A DNA stretch of 64,000 bases, taken from NCBI GenBank assembly GCA_001600695.1, contig BCKQ01000006.1, forward strand, positions 762,731 to 826,730, read 5' to 3'. The number at the start of each line of letters is the position of its first letter. The stretch's first letter is position 1. Positions 52,346 through 64,000 of the stretch are shown here, in pieces. A program made the translations under genes and the position numbers. This DNA comes from Ascoidea asiatica JCM 7603. Its lineage: Eukaryota; Fungi; Ascomycota. The notes under the pieces were generated by a model that saw only the letters and a program-made list of their open reading frames with translations, was not told where the DNA came from and did not search any database.

Positions 52346-53527
52346 AATGACAGCTTCATGATCAATAGAAAGATAAATGTTTATATATATGAATATAAAG
52401 AAGCAATTGATTGTATATTTAAATATTAGGTAATTATTCTTTATTCTTTATTCAGATTCCTGATTCATGATTCTTTAATATTATATTCTCTATTTTTAAT
52501 TTCATTCTTTTTATTTCGTTACTGCATGGTTTTAGAATCAAGATTCAACAGAGCCACAAGCGCCACTGTATTACTTCTTTAGTTTTGTAGGGTGGCGGTG
52601 CTGCTGGTTTTAGATTTCATTTACGAATCTCGCCTGTCAACCCCTAAAATCAAGTCATGTGACGTATACACAGTCCGGGTAGTGCTGTCTCCTTTACAAT
52701 TTCCACATGAAAGTTAGGCAGCGTTTTCCGAGGAGAACACTGCCCAAGTGCCTGGAGTGCCTGGAGTCTCTGGAGCAACACCATGGGCGGGTGCATTCAG
52801 CACTGAGGGAAGTCACGCAGCGGTTATTGCCATGCGTGCTGTGAAGTAGAACAGTCAGCAGGTCACGTGGCCATGTTGGCACTCTCGGCACACTCCCCAA
52901 CCAGACCTGGCCTGGGTGCTCTTTGCACTGCACCAGCACTGCTCTTTGTACTGCCCGTGCTCTGCTTTTGCTCTATTCTCCATGTCTTGCTTGAAATACT
53001 GCCTAAAGTACTGCTTAAAGTACTGCTTAAAGTACTGCGTCTGATATATTTAATACCTATTAACTACTGTATTACTCTAGTTAACTATCAATCAAAGAAT
53101 AGTGTATCAAATGTATCAGAAAATATTGCTTTCATGAATATATATGAAATTTTGAACTATCTAATTCAAGAAATTACTTTTAATATCGATATATATTGCA
53201 ATATCAATTAGAATTGTATCATATTTGTTACTACGTAATATATATCAACAATATCTTAGATCATAGATCTTATCTATCAATTTAAATAAAGGAGCTTGCT
53301 ACTTGCTTATGAAATTTTGCTAACTCAATTACGAGGAGCCTATTATATCTTATCTTATATCCCATATATTGTATATTATATCACTTACATATCACTAACT
53401 ATATCAAAGATTATATCAAAAACTAAATATAACAATATTATATATTATTTTATATTATAACTAATATATTAAATACATATATGCTATATATATATATATA
53501 TATATTTACATATATATATTATATTCA

Positions 53528-54796
53528 ATGGAAGCTCAAATAGTAAATCAAGAAATACCTAGATCTTATGATCAAATGAATCAAATTCCAATTGATCAAT
53601 TAAATCAATTAGATCAATTGGATCAAATAGATCAATTGAATAATATAGATCAAATGAGTAATCAAATTAATACTCAAATGAATAATCAATTAAATAATCA
53701 AGTTAATCAATCTTCAATTGATAATGATAATGAAACTAACAATAATAATAATAATAATGATAATAATAATAATAACGATAATAATAATAACTTATCTGTA
53801 TCAAGTAAATTACCTAAAAAAAATTCAATAACAAAAGGTAAATATTCTTTAAATGATTTTCAAATTTTAAGAACTTTAGGTACTGGTTCTTTTGGTAGAG
53901 TTCATCTTGTTAGATCTGTTCATAATGGTAGATTTTATGCTATGAAAGTTTTAAAAAAATCTCAAGTTTATAAAATGAAACAAGTTGAACATACTAATGA
54001 TGAAAGAAGAATGCTTAAATTAGTTGATCACCCTTTTATAATTAGAATGTGGGGTACTTTTCAAGATATTAGAAATGTTTTTATGGTTATGGATTATATA
54101 GAAGGTGGTGAATTATTTTCTTTATTAAGAAAATCTGGTAGATTTCCAAATCCTGTTGCTAAATTTTATGCTGCTGAAGTTTGTTTAGCTTTAGAATATT
54201 TACATCATCATAATATTATTTATAGAGATTTAAAACCTGAAAATATACTTTTAGATAAAAATGGTCATATAAAATTAACTGATTTTGGTTTTGCAAAAGA
54301 AGTACCTGATGTAACTTATACTTTATGTGGTACTCCTGATTATATTGCTCCTGAAGTTGTGGCAACAAAACCATATAATAAAAGTGTTGATTGGTGGTCT
54401 TTTGGTATATTAATATTTGAAATGTTAGCAGGTTATACTCCATTTTGTCATCCAAATCAAATGAGAACTTATGAAAATATTTTAGCTGGTAATGTAAATT
54501 ATCCAAGAGATTTTCATCCTGATGTTTTAAACCTTTTACAAAATTTAATAACAAAAGATTTATCAAAAAGATTAGGTAATTTACAAAGTGGTGCTCAAGA
54601 TGTTAAAAATCATCCTTGGTTTAGTGAAGTAAATTGGGAAAGATTATTAAATAGAGATATTGAAACTCCATATGAACCTCCAATTCAAAGTGGTATAGGT
54701 GATACTTCTCAATTTGAAAGGTATCCTGAAGAAGAATTAGATTATGGTGTATATCAAGGTGATGATCCTTTTAATAAATTATTTGATGATTTTTAA
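53528..54796 (+). CDS. TPK1: cAMP-dependent protein kinase catalytic subunit (most like the Tpk1-type paralogue)
   Basis: [44 protein letters not shown]-terminal FDDF. The paralogue number is tentative. Confidence 0.9.
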   Translation: MEAQIVNQEIPRSYDQMNQIPIDQLNQLDQLDQIDQLNNIDQMSNQINTQMNNQLNNQVNQSSIDNDNETNNNNNNNDNNNNNDNNNNLSVSSKLPKKNSITKGKYSLNDFQILRTLGTGSFGRVHLVRSVHNGRFYAMKVLKKSQVYKMKQVEHTNDERRMLKLVDHPFIIRMWGTFQDIRNVFMVMDYIEGGELFSLLRKSGRFPNPVAKFYAAEVCLALEYLHHHNIIYRDLKPENILLDKNGHIKLTDFGFAKEVPDVTYTLCGTPDYIAPEVVATKPYNKSVDWWSFGILIFEMLAGYTPFCHPNQMRTYENILAGNVNYPRDFHPDVLNLLQNLITKDLSKRLGNLQSGAQDVKNHPWFSEVNWERLLNRDIETPYEPPIQSGIGDTSQFERYPEEELDYGVYQGDDPFNKLFDDF

Positions 54797-55773
54797 TACT
54801 TTTTATTCAATCAAATACAATCAAATAAATACAAATAGTCCATCTAATCCATATAATCCATATAATCCATATAATCCATATAATCTATATGATCTATGTG
54901 ATATTTTCATTTAAACTTCATCATAAATTATTTAATTAATATTCAATTTATCTTTCATTATTTAACTAAATAATCCAAAATAATCCAAAATAATCCAAAA
55001 TAATCCATCAATTCAGTATTCCTTAACTAACTCACCAATTATTTATTTATATCTCTTTTTATCACTTACTTATTTTTTTTCGTTATATTTTTTCTCAATA
55101 AACTTTTTAATTTGAAAATTATTATTCTTCTCTTCCAAAAACTTAAACAAATTTTTTTATTTTATTGTTTTACTTTATTTTATTTTTTTTTCATTTATCA
55201 TTATATATCTATATCTATATACTATATATAATGATTTCTATTCTATTTTATAGATCTTTGCTATATTATCATGGTCTTATATTATATCAAATCATGATAA
55301 TATTTTAATGATTTATCTTGTTTTTTAGTAAAATATTTTTATTTTATTCTACTTTTTTTAGCTTTCTTCTTTCTTCTCTTCTTTCTTCTTCTCTTCTTTT
55401 TTTCTTTCTCTTTTTTTTATCAAATTAATTAGTTTATTTGTTTAATACAGTTGTCAATTACCTTGTAACATGAATTCTACTGAATATTTCACAACATTTA
55501 CCAAAATAATCTAAAATATACAGTAAAATATTGGTGTATAACCAAATCAACTCAGTTCAGTTAGCCGAGAGCCGAAACCAACAAAACAAAATATTACCGT
55601 GGCGCTTAACAAAGAACAGAAATTGTTGAATAAATTTATAAATTCATATAAATTCATATAAATTGAAGTAAAAGAAGTTATTCATTTTATTTATTCATTC
55701 ATTGGAATTATAATTATTTTAAATAATCTATTTAATATTTTTAATAGATTGAATTGTCTTGTAATTCAAGATT

Positions 55774-56787
55774 ATGGATGAAGTGGTTTTAACTCAAGAT
55801 ATAAATCAAAGGAAAAAACATGCTAAATTGAATAATAAAATAACTAAAATGAATATTAATATCAATGATAATCCTAATAAACTATGTAATTATGATGAAT
55901 TACCAGAATGGCAAAAGGATAATAAATATATTTTAACTGGTTATGTTAGAGAAACATTAAATTATCTTGATTGTATTAAATCACTTTTTTATATTCATAA
56001 TGAATCAATTAATATTTATTCACATTTATTACCAGGTTTAATTTTTTTCAATAGTTTTTTAATTTTAAATTATTTAAGTTATTGGTATTATGGAGAAATT
56101 AAAAATATTGATAATAATTATTTATTTAAATTATTTAATATTCCAATTTATGAAACTACAACTGTTAAAGATTATCTAAATTTTTCAATTTTTTTAATTG
56201 GATGTTCATCATGTTTAAATTTATCATCATTTTTTCATTGTTTAAAATCTCATTCAATTAATACTTCAGTTTTTACAAATAAATTAGATTATCTTGGTAT
56301 AAATATTCTAATAATGACTTCAATGATAAGTATAATAAAATTTGCATTAGTTGATAAAATTTATTTAAATTTTTTCTTAAATTTTTTTATAATAATTCTT
56401 GGATTAATTTGTATAATTTTAAGTTTTAGTGATAAATTTCGTAATAAAAATTATATAAAAATTAGATCATATATTTTTATTTTATTTGGTTTAAGTGGTA
56501 TATTACCAATTTTTATAAGTTTTTTAAAATTTGGTATAATTGAAACAAATAGAAGATGTAAATTAAAATTTATAATCCTTGAAGGAATTTTTTATATATT
56601 TGGAGCTTTATTATATTCATTTAGAATTCCAGAAAAATATTATATTGGAAAATTTGATATTATTGGTAATTCACATCAAATATTTCATTTATTTGTTGTT
56701 ATTGCAGCATGTTGTCATGGTAAAGCATTAATTGAATCATATAAATATATTCATGAATCTGGGATTATTACCAAAATGAATGAATAA
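55774..56787 (+). CDS. PAQR/hemolysin-III family membrane protein (Izh1/Izh2-like)
   Basis: LPEWQKDN.YI.TGY, HNESINIYSH, SSFFHCLKSHS, KLDYLGI, RIPE...G.FD..G.SHQIFH. Confidence 0.93.
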   Translation: MDEVVLTQDINQRKKHAKLNNKITKMNININDNPNKLCNYDELPEWQKDNKYILTGYVRETLNYLDCIKSLFYIHNESINIYSHLLPGLIFFNSFLILNYLSYWYYGEIKNIDNNYLFKLFNIPIYETTTVKDYLNFSIFLIGCSSCLNLSSFFHCLKSHSINTSVFTNKLDYLGINILIMTSMISIIKFALVDKIYLNFFLNFFIIILGLICIILSFSDKFRNKNYIKIRSYIFILFGLSGILPIFISFLKFGIIETNRRCKLKFIILEGIFYIFGALLYSFRIPEKYYIGKFDIIGNSHQIFHLFVVIAACCHGKALIESYKYIHESGIITKMNE

Positions 56788-56890
56788 ATAGATAATTTAC
56801 TTTTTATATATACTGTATAGATTATATAGAGTAGAGAAAGAGTAAATAGAGAAAAAAAATAATATATTATAATTTTAGAAATTAAATTGA

Positions 56891-57685
56891 TTATTTTACA
56901 CCTAAAGAACATATACTTAAATCAGACATTTTAGTTAATAAATCATTAATGTTATCATCTAATTTACCATTTGAATAATCATCTCTTAATTGAGGATCTA
57001 AATATTGTTGAACTTGAGCTAATCTTGAATAACCTTCAGTACAAAATTTCATTTGAATTTTAACAAGAGCTTCAAAAGAAGGATCAAAATAAGGTACTCT
57101 AATATCAACTAATTGAGGTAATTCATTTTTTAATTGATCATTTAATTCATCAAATAATTCTTTTGCTAAAGATAATTCTTTTTCAGCTCTTGGTAATTTT
57201 GAAGCATCTTTTGCAGGTTTATCAATTAATCTTCTAACTTTACTTTTACATTGTTCATAATCAGTTTTTTTATGAGATCTTTTTTTTATAGCTTCATCAA
57301 CTTCAATAAAATAAGTTGCAAATTTATTTATTGGATCTAAAACAGTTTCTCTAAATGGACCATCTAAATTTTTAACAGTTTCTTGATCAAATTCTTGTAC
57401 ACAAGTTAAATAATAATCACCAGAAGTTGAATAATTTACATTTGATTTTGTATCACTATATAAATTAGAAATAACTTCAGCTATTGCAACTTGACTTGCA
57501 GTCATTGCTCTTAAAGAATCTAAATAACCTTTTGTATCAACTTGTAATTGTTTACCAGCTTTTTCTAAAGTTTTATATCTACGTTCTTCCATATCATAAT
57601 CTTTATCTATAACTTTATCAGTTGCTTTAACAAATACAGAATTTGTACCTCTATTAACAGCTTTTTTAAAACCATCCCAACTCAT
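56891..57685 (-). CDS. RVS161: Amphiphysin-like N-BAR protein
   Basis: MSWDGFKKAVNR...KLPRAEKEL...RVPYFDPSFEALVKIQ; 264 aa with no SH3 domain. Confidence 0.96.
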   Translation of the reverse strand: MSWDGFKKAVNRGTNSVFVKATDKVIDKDYDMEERRYKTLEKAGKQLQVDTKGYLDSLRAMTASQVAIAEVISNLYSDTKSNVNYSTSGDYYLTCVQEFDQETVKNLDGPFRETVLDPINKFATYFIEVDEAIKKRSHKKTDYEQCKSKVRRLIDKPAKDASKLPRAEKELSLAKELFDELNDQLKNELPQLVDIRVPYFDPSFEALVKIQMKFCTEGYSRLAQVQQYLDPQLRDDYSNGKLDDNINDLLTKMSDLSICSLGVK

Positions 57686-58563
57686 TTTGATAATATTTTA
57701 TGATTATTTTATTTTATTTTACTTTATTTTACTTTATTTTATGTTTAATATACAGTATTATTGTTACTGAAATATGATGAGCAGTAGTTACTGGTAGAAT
57801 TAGAATCCTAAATTAAATATACCCTTTGGATAGATAAACACAGCTTCTTCAATGCTTTACTAAGTCTACAGTACTGTAGGCTGTTTGCTCCTATTGATCA
57901 CTTTTCTATGCCGATGAACAGAGAACTGAATTTACTGAATTCATTGACAGCTTTTGGTTTTTGATGGCTTATGAAAAGGAAAAAAAAGAACCAAGCAGCT
58001 GGTAGATCCACAGTTGCGGGGTTATGTTGAAAGTACAGCATCAGACACTAATGTACATACTACTACAGCAGATGACGCTTGACACGGAAGAAAATATATC
58101 CGGAAGTTCCGAGAATTACGTAATTCTCCAAGACTATATCCTGCTCTATCCGGACCATCCGCGGCGTCTGCGTCTCATCTAGTAGAGGTCATGTGACTGT
58201 ATTCCCGGATCTGAAGGAAAGGCTTTTTACCACCAACGGGCGTAAATATCTCAGTTTTGAATAATCACTGAATAATCACTGAATAATTAAAAAAAAAGCA
58301 GTGATTAATCAATGAATAATCAAAGATTCAATAACAATTGATTATTGAATAATTATCAATAATAGGTATATTCTTTCTTAAATCCAATTATTTCATTTTT
58401 GTTCATTTGAATCTTATCTTCAATTTCAATTATCACTCTAAAATTCCTGGTATGAGTATCATGGATGAAATCTGAAATATTTCCAATCCAAACAATCAAC
58501 ATCATTTCTAAATAAACATTTTCGCAATATTTTAATATATAGTATAAATAAAATATACTTAAA

Positions 58564-59963
58564 ATGACTATCAACTACGATTCAAATAATAATTCCAATT
58601 CTGATGATTTATATGATCCAACAACTTTTCCATTTCCTATACCAAGAGGTACAATTTTAAATTTAAATCATGATCAAGAAATTCTTTTAAAAAAAACTTG
58701 GATTGAAATTTTAAAATTATGGAAAATTAATATTAATATAGATCAAAATAATTTAAATTCTTTAGTTTCTTCTTCAAAACAAATTTATCTTAAACAAAAA
58801 AAAGATTCTGAATTTCAATCTCAATTAAATTCAAAAATTATTCAATCTAATCAATCTATTAAAAATTCTGTTAAAAACTCTTTTAAAGGTTCTGTCAACG
58901 ACTCTGTCAAAGAAAATTTCAATCAAAATATAATTGAAAATAAAACTGAAGATAAAATTGATTCTAGTAATGAAAACCTCAAAAAGAAGCTTGATTCAAA
59001 AGACTCAAAAGATTCCAAAGATTCCAAAGATTCAAAAGATTCAAAAGATTCAAAAGATTCAAAAGATTCATTACATATAAAAGATTTAAATCAATTAAAT
59101 CATAATTCTCAAAATTCTCAAAATTCTCAAAATTCCCAAAAACTTTCAAATTCTCTGTTTTTAAATCCACAATCAACTATTTCTACAAATGCTAATAATA
59201 CCACTACTACTATCAATAATAATTCAATTCCACCTCAATCTTCTCATTCTTTTGCCTTATATTCTCAAAATTCAATAGTTTCTTCAATTCAACCCTCAAT
59301 CAAAATTAATAATACTTCAACCACCACCACTGCCACCACCTCCATCAATAATAATAATAGTAATAATAATAAAAGTGAATTGAATTCAGAAAAAAAACAA
59401 AATATTGATAATATTAAAAATAATTCAAATTTAAAGAAAAATAAAACTTTTAAAAAGTTTAAAAATATTTTAAATTCAAAAAATCATAATCTTTATTCAA
59501 ATTCTTCTCATTCTTCTCATTCTTCTCATTCTTTTGAAAATTTAAATAATTTAATTAAAAAAAGAAGAAAAAATTATAAAAATAATCATAAAAATAATCA
59601 TAAAAATCTTTTAAGTTTTAATAATAATGATAATAAGAATAATAGTAGTAGTAGTAGTATAAAAGAAATAAAAGAAAGTAAAAACAAAATTAAAGATAAA
59701 CATTCAAAAAATATTTTAACCAGATCAATGTCAATTTTATCTTTAAATAAACTTCAACATTCTCTTAATTCAAATCAATCAAAAAATAATTCATCTACTT
59801 CAAATTTATCAAATTCATCAAAACAACATGTTTCAAATAATCTTAAAAAAAATTCAATTCCAACATCTTCTTCTTCATCTTCTTTTAATTCCCGATCGGT
59901 TTCTACTCCTAATTCATCTTCTTCAACTTCTTCTACTTCTAATTTAACTTCAAATTCTGTACT

Positions 59964-60027
<64 letters not shown>

Positions 60028-61419
60028 ACTAAAACCAATCCAATTAAAACTAATGGAGATACCAATAAAAATCTTATTGGAAATTTAAATGGAAATGATA
60101 AATCTAAATCTTTTAAAAAATCTCCTTTATCTAAGCAAATATCTATGTCTAATGATTCATCTACAAGTCCAACTCCAGAACCAGTAGATTCAACTAATTC
60201 ATCAAACCCACCTTTATCAACTTCTTTAAATAATATTTCCAATAATCCAAATGAAAATGATAATAAAAATGAAAAAGAAGTAAATAAATTTAATGATTTT
60301 TCAGATATTTCGGAAGATTCAGATTCAGATTCAGATATTAATGAAGATGATTTTCAAGATGCTTTATCAAAAATTCCAACAAATCCATTAATTGAAGCTA
60401 AATATTCACGGCAATTAACTCAACAAACTTTATTAGATTTAAGTTCTAATACATATTATGATGATTTTTGGAAATTTTTAAGAAAAGATTTACCAGATAA
60501 TTTAATTTTAAGATTTTTAAGAGCAAGAAAATGGAATGTTGATAAATGTATTGCAATGATTACTGATACAATTCATTGGAGATCAAAAGAATCAAAAGTT
60601 GAAGAAATTTTAAAAGGTGGAGATTTATTACCTTTAATTAATAATGAAAAAGGTTTTTTAAAAAATTATCAATTATCTAAAGCATTTTTACATGGTATTG
60701 ATAAAAAGGGTAGAATTATTGTTGTTGTTAGACCAAAATTTCATCATTCTTCAGATCAAAATGATACAGAAATGGAAAAATATGTTATTCAAGTTATTGA
60801 AACTGCAAGATTATTTTTAGAAGAACCAATGGATAGTGCAAGTATAATATTTGATTTAACAGATTTTACAATGAGTAATATGGATTATGCACCTGTTAAG
60901 TTTATGATAAAAGTATTTGAAGCACACTATCCAGAATGTTTAGGAGTTTTATTAATTCATAGAGCACCATGGATATTTGGTGGAATTTGGAGTATTGTTA
61001 AAAGATGGTTAGATCCAGTTGTTGCAAGTAAAATTAATTTTACAAAAGATACAAAAGGATTAAAAAAATTTATTGAAGAAGAAAATATACCAAAATATTT
61101 AGGTGGTAAATCAGATTTTGAATTGAAATATATCGAACCAAAATCAAATGAAAATGATTTACAAAAAGATATTATAACAAGAGATAAAATAAATGAAATT
61201 CGAAAAGAAATAATTAGCAAATTTGTATCATGTACAATAGATTGGATTGAAAGTAAAGATGAAGGAGAAAGTTACAAATTTTTACAAGAAAAAATTAAAA
61301 TTGGATATGAATTAGGTAATAATTATGTTGAACTAGATCCATATATTAGAGGAAGGATAATTTATGATAGACTTGGACTATTAAAATTGAGAAAATATAA
61401 GATTCCAGAGAATTTATAA
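58564..61419 (+). CDS. CSR1: Sec14-like CRAL-TRIO phosphatidylinositol transfer protein with a large low-complexity insertion
   Basis: PDNLILRFLRARKW, FDLTDFTMSNMDYAPVKF...FEAHYPECLG, WLDPVVASKI, LDPYIRGR. Confidence 0.9.
58995..59070. repeat. 9-bp coding repeat (SKD)n in CSR1
   Basis: tcaaaagat / tccaaagat about 8 times. Confidence 0.9.
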
Positions 61420-61825
61420 TGTTTTTTTTATTATCTACTATTCAAATTCTATTAATTTTATTGTTATTTATTAAATATTTTATTTTATGTTTTGCTTTTC
61501 GTTTTATTTCAAATTTCTTTTTTTTCCAGTTTTTCTTTCATTTAGGTAATTTTGATTTTCAGTTTAAGATAAATAAAAAAAATTAGGTTCTTCTTGTTTT
61601 TTTTTTTTTTTTTTTTTTCTCAAAATCTCCACTTTATTAATATAACTAATTCAAATGTATTAAAAGGCTTCTTAAAGTTTCAATGATTCAATAATTTACT
61701 AATACTTCTTTGTAGTGTGATTTTTTGTTTTTTTTATAAGTAAAATAAACGTTATATAAAGTTTTTATGAAAAAAATAGGATGAAATGAATGTGAGATTA
61801 ATAAATATCAATTAATAAGGAATTA

Positions 61826-62533
61826 TTATAATTGAACTTTATGATCACCAGTTGGAGGATTTGAAATTGGATTAGGATTTGAAGAAGAAGAAGCTATTGC
61901 ATCAGTATAAGTTGGAGGTAAAGATACTGAATTTATTGATTGAGCTTGTAAAGTTGAATTTGATTTAAAAGCTTGTGGCACAATAGCAGGACGTCTATTT
62001 TTATTACTTTTATCATTGTTATTGTTTTGATTTAAAAGATTATCAGGAATATCATTATAACCTTGATTTGGATAATTGTTTTGGTAATCTTGTTGATTAA
62101 TTGATTGATTATTTGATTGAAAATAATTACCACTTGGAGGTTGTTGTTGAATATCTGGAATAGTTGAATCTGGAATTTGTTCATAATTTTGATTAGATTG
62201 GCTATTAGTATTATGATTATTAAAAGAAGAAGTAATATTATTAATTCTTGAAACTAAAGAATTTGGAGGATCAAAATTTCCTGGAAATTGAATATTACTA
62301 ATATTTTGATTTTCTAAATCATTTTCTGAATTTGAAAAATCAGAAGTTTTATAAATAAACCAAATTGAATGTAAAATTGCAATAAAATATAAACCAATTA
62401 AACATAAAAATACATTTATTAATAAATGTTTATTCCAAATTGAATTATTAATTCTAACAAATATTACAATTGGAGGCAAAAAAAAGGATAATAAATATAA
62501 TGGAAGATCTTGATTTTTATAATGAGGAGACAT
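61826..62533 (-). CDS. SNA3: Pmp3/Sna-family membrane protein with a PPxY Rsp5-binding motif
   Basis: LLSFFLPPIVIFVR...LLINVFL...AILHSIWFIY, DLENQ, LPPTY and terminal DHKVQ (compare Sna3 DLEAH, PPAY, DNKQQ). An alternative ATG lies at 62581. Confidence 0.75.
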   Translation of the reverse strand: MSPHYKNQDLPLYLLSFFLPPIVIFVRINNSIWNKHLLINVFLCLIGLYFIAILHSIWFIYKTSDFSNSENDLENQNISNIQFPGNFDPPNSLVSRINNITSSFNNHNTNSQSNQNYEQIPDSTIPDIQQQPPSGNYFQSNNQSINQQDYQNNYPNQGYNDIPDNLLNQNNNNDKSNKNRRPAIVPQAFKSNSTLQAQSINSVSLPPTYTDAIASSSSNPNPISNPPTGDHKVQL

Positions 62534-63532
62534 CTTTTTAAGTAAGATTATTGTAACCGCAATGAATAGATAAAATATCATGAAATAAGGTACCTAGAAA
62601 GAAATATAAATGTAGTTCAACTTAACTGATTAATTGAAGTAAGAGATTATTAGAATATAATTGAATTTATATAATTGTTTAGGATTATTTGTATTTATAT
62701 TTATACTCTTAATAGTTATTTATTTATTACATTTATTCTTCTATTGTAGTCTCTCAGAATTGAATGTATTAAAAACATTGACGAGATAAATATCACCATC
62801 TGCACAGTGTGTGTAGTAACTGCACTAATGATACTGCGCAAAGACATGTCACTAAGGAGCACCACCTCCAGCACCGCCGCACCACCGCACCGCCACAGAA
62901 GTGCCTTTATGTGACCGGTTTGTGATCCGTCTTTTGTTTATTATTCCGTGGACCAGTCTCCGCATGGCATCCGGTAGGCCTTCTTCATCGGTTTGCCGTC
63001 GGATTTGCAAAAAAGACACCATTTGTGTGGGTCGCCTTCTTATATGGAATTACCTACCATTTTGGGTCTGATAATAGGTATTCCGGATAGCACAGATCCG
63101 GTATCTCTTGCTTTTCTGGAATTCTGAGCTTTCTGTTTGTGATTGTGATGATTGTGGTGGTTTTGGTGAGTGAATAGATTTTTCAGGTCATTTTTCTGTT
63201 TGTTCAGCAAAATCATCTTCTTCTACTTCTTTTCCTTCTTCTCTTTTTTTTGTTTCCCCATTTGCAGTCTTTCTCTTCAACTATTCATATAATTATTGTT
63301 CTGGTTATTCTGTTACCGATTCCCTTTCTATTGTTTTCCTTATTACTCCCACATGTTCAAACTACCGGTACTAAATTAACCTAAATTTATCCAGAGCTTT
63401 ATTTATATTAAACGAAATTATTCTATTCAGGTTTTTATATATTTCAAACATTTTCATCTAATTCTTTTTATCTATTTTTTTGTCCTCTCATTTTCATTAT
63501 CATAAAACTTATTTAAATATCATATAAAAAAC

Positions 63533-64000
63533 ATGTCTTCAAATTCAATTGATGAAACTTCTCCTCTTTTAGCAGTTCCAAAAACAAATAATAATATACA
63601 AAATAACTTAAATGACAATATAAGTGATAACAATAACATTAATAGTACTAATGATGATGACGATGATATAAACTGTAATCCAACAACTTTAAAAGAAATA
63701 CTAGGTTGGTGTCTTTATGGATGGGCTGCTGAACCATTTATTGTAAGTGCTGTTGCAACTTATGTACCTCTATTACTTGAACAATTTGCAAGAGATAATG
63801 GTGTTTTATCAAATAATCATCTGATAAAGTGTAATAATGATAATAATCCTGATCCAAATCCTATTCCATTTCCTCCAATTGATAATAATAATCTATTCCA
63901 AGTAAATAGTTCTCAACAATGTGTTATAAAAATTTTTAATCATTATATCGATACTTCTTCATTTCCACTTTATACATTTTCATTCTCAGTATTCATACAA
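63533..64000 (+). CDS. ATG22: Vacuolar amino-acid efflux protein, 5' part; runs off the window end
   Basis: Not in the ORF track. My translation: MSSNSIDETSPLL (dileucine sorting signal)...EILGWCLYGWAAEPFIVSAVATYVPLLLEQFARDNGV...IDTSSFPLYTFSFSVFIQ. Confidence 0.9.
   Translation, partial: MSSNSIDETSPLLAVPKTNNNIQNNLNDNISDNNNINSTNDDDDDINCNPTTLKEILGWCLYGWAAEPFIVSAVATYVPLLLEQFARDNGVLSNNHLIKCNNDNNPDPNPIPFPPIDNNNLFQVNSSQQCVIKIFNHYIDTSSFPLYTFSFSVFIQ

Noticed and set aside
53216-53409. 5'-UTR intron in TPK1 (TGCTAAC at 53318, CACTAAC at 53393)
   Set aside because: No convincing donor and no YAG at a suitable distance
57791-58060. 5'-UTR intron in RVS161 (minus-strand GTATGT...TTCTAAT...CAG)
   Set aside because: The donor lies within the promoter island, probably upstream of the TSS, and the branch is non-consensus
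59775-60242. Poly-Leu/Ile ORFs antisense or out of frame within EDE1, ORC3, BIT61 and CSR1
   Set aside because: Alternative-frame readings of (AAT)n tracts inside established genes

Overview
Eukaryotic, gene-dense, extremely AT-rich budding-yeast (Saccharomycotina) chromosomal DNA with 21 protein-coding genes, two of them truncated by the window edges. In order: DDL1-like phospholipase (partial), FOX2, RAD59, a Put3-like Zn2Cys6 transcription factor, NOG1, PRP43, an orphan putative mitochondrial protein, ATP10, EDE1, an orphan membrane protein, ORC3, RSE1, MSK1, RCH1, MIG1, BIT61, a PKA catalytic subunit (TPK), an IZH/PAQR protein, RVS161, CSR1, SNA3 and ATG22 (partial). No tRNA, rRNA, transposon or CRISPR array is supported. 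Many proteins are inflated by (AAT)n poly-Asn tracts. Four observations stand out. (1) A well-formed 89-nt intron (GTAAGT...GCTAAC...TAG) spans the start codon of the spliceosomal gene RSE1, so splicing would destroy expression; this is a candidate autoregulatory loop. (2) An in-frame CTG in ATG22 sits at a position recalled as Ser in the S. cerevisiae orthologue, suggesting CUG-Ser decoding; overall composition would fit Ascoidea (inference). (3) Base composition is inverted: short GC-rich islands mark gene 5' ends, coding DNA is near AT-saturated, and synonymous GC recovers toward the 3' ends of long genes. (4) There is an orphan hairpin and motif family (CCACAAAACTGG) and an isolated perfect TFIIIC B-box. 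All family assignments come from recalled motifs; no database search was run.
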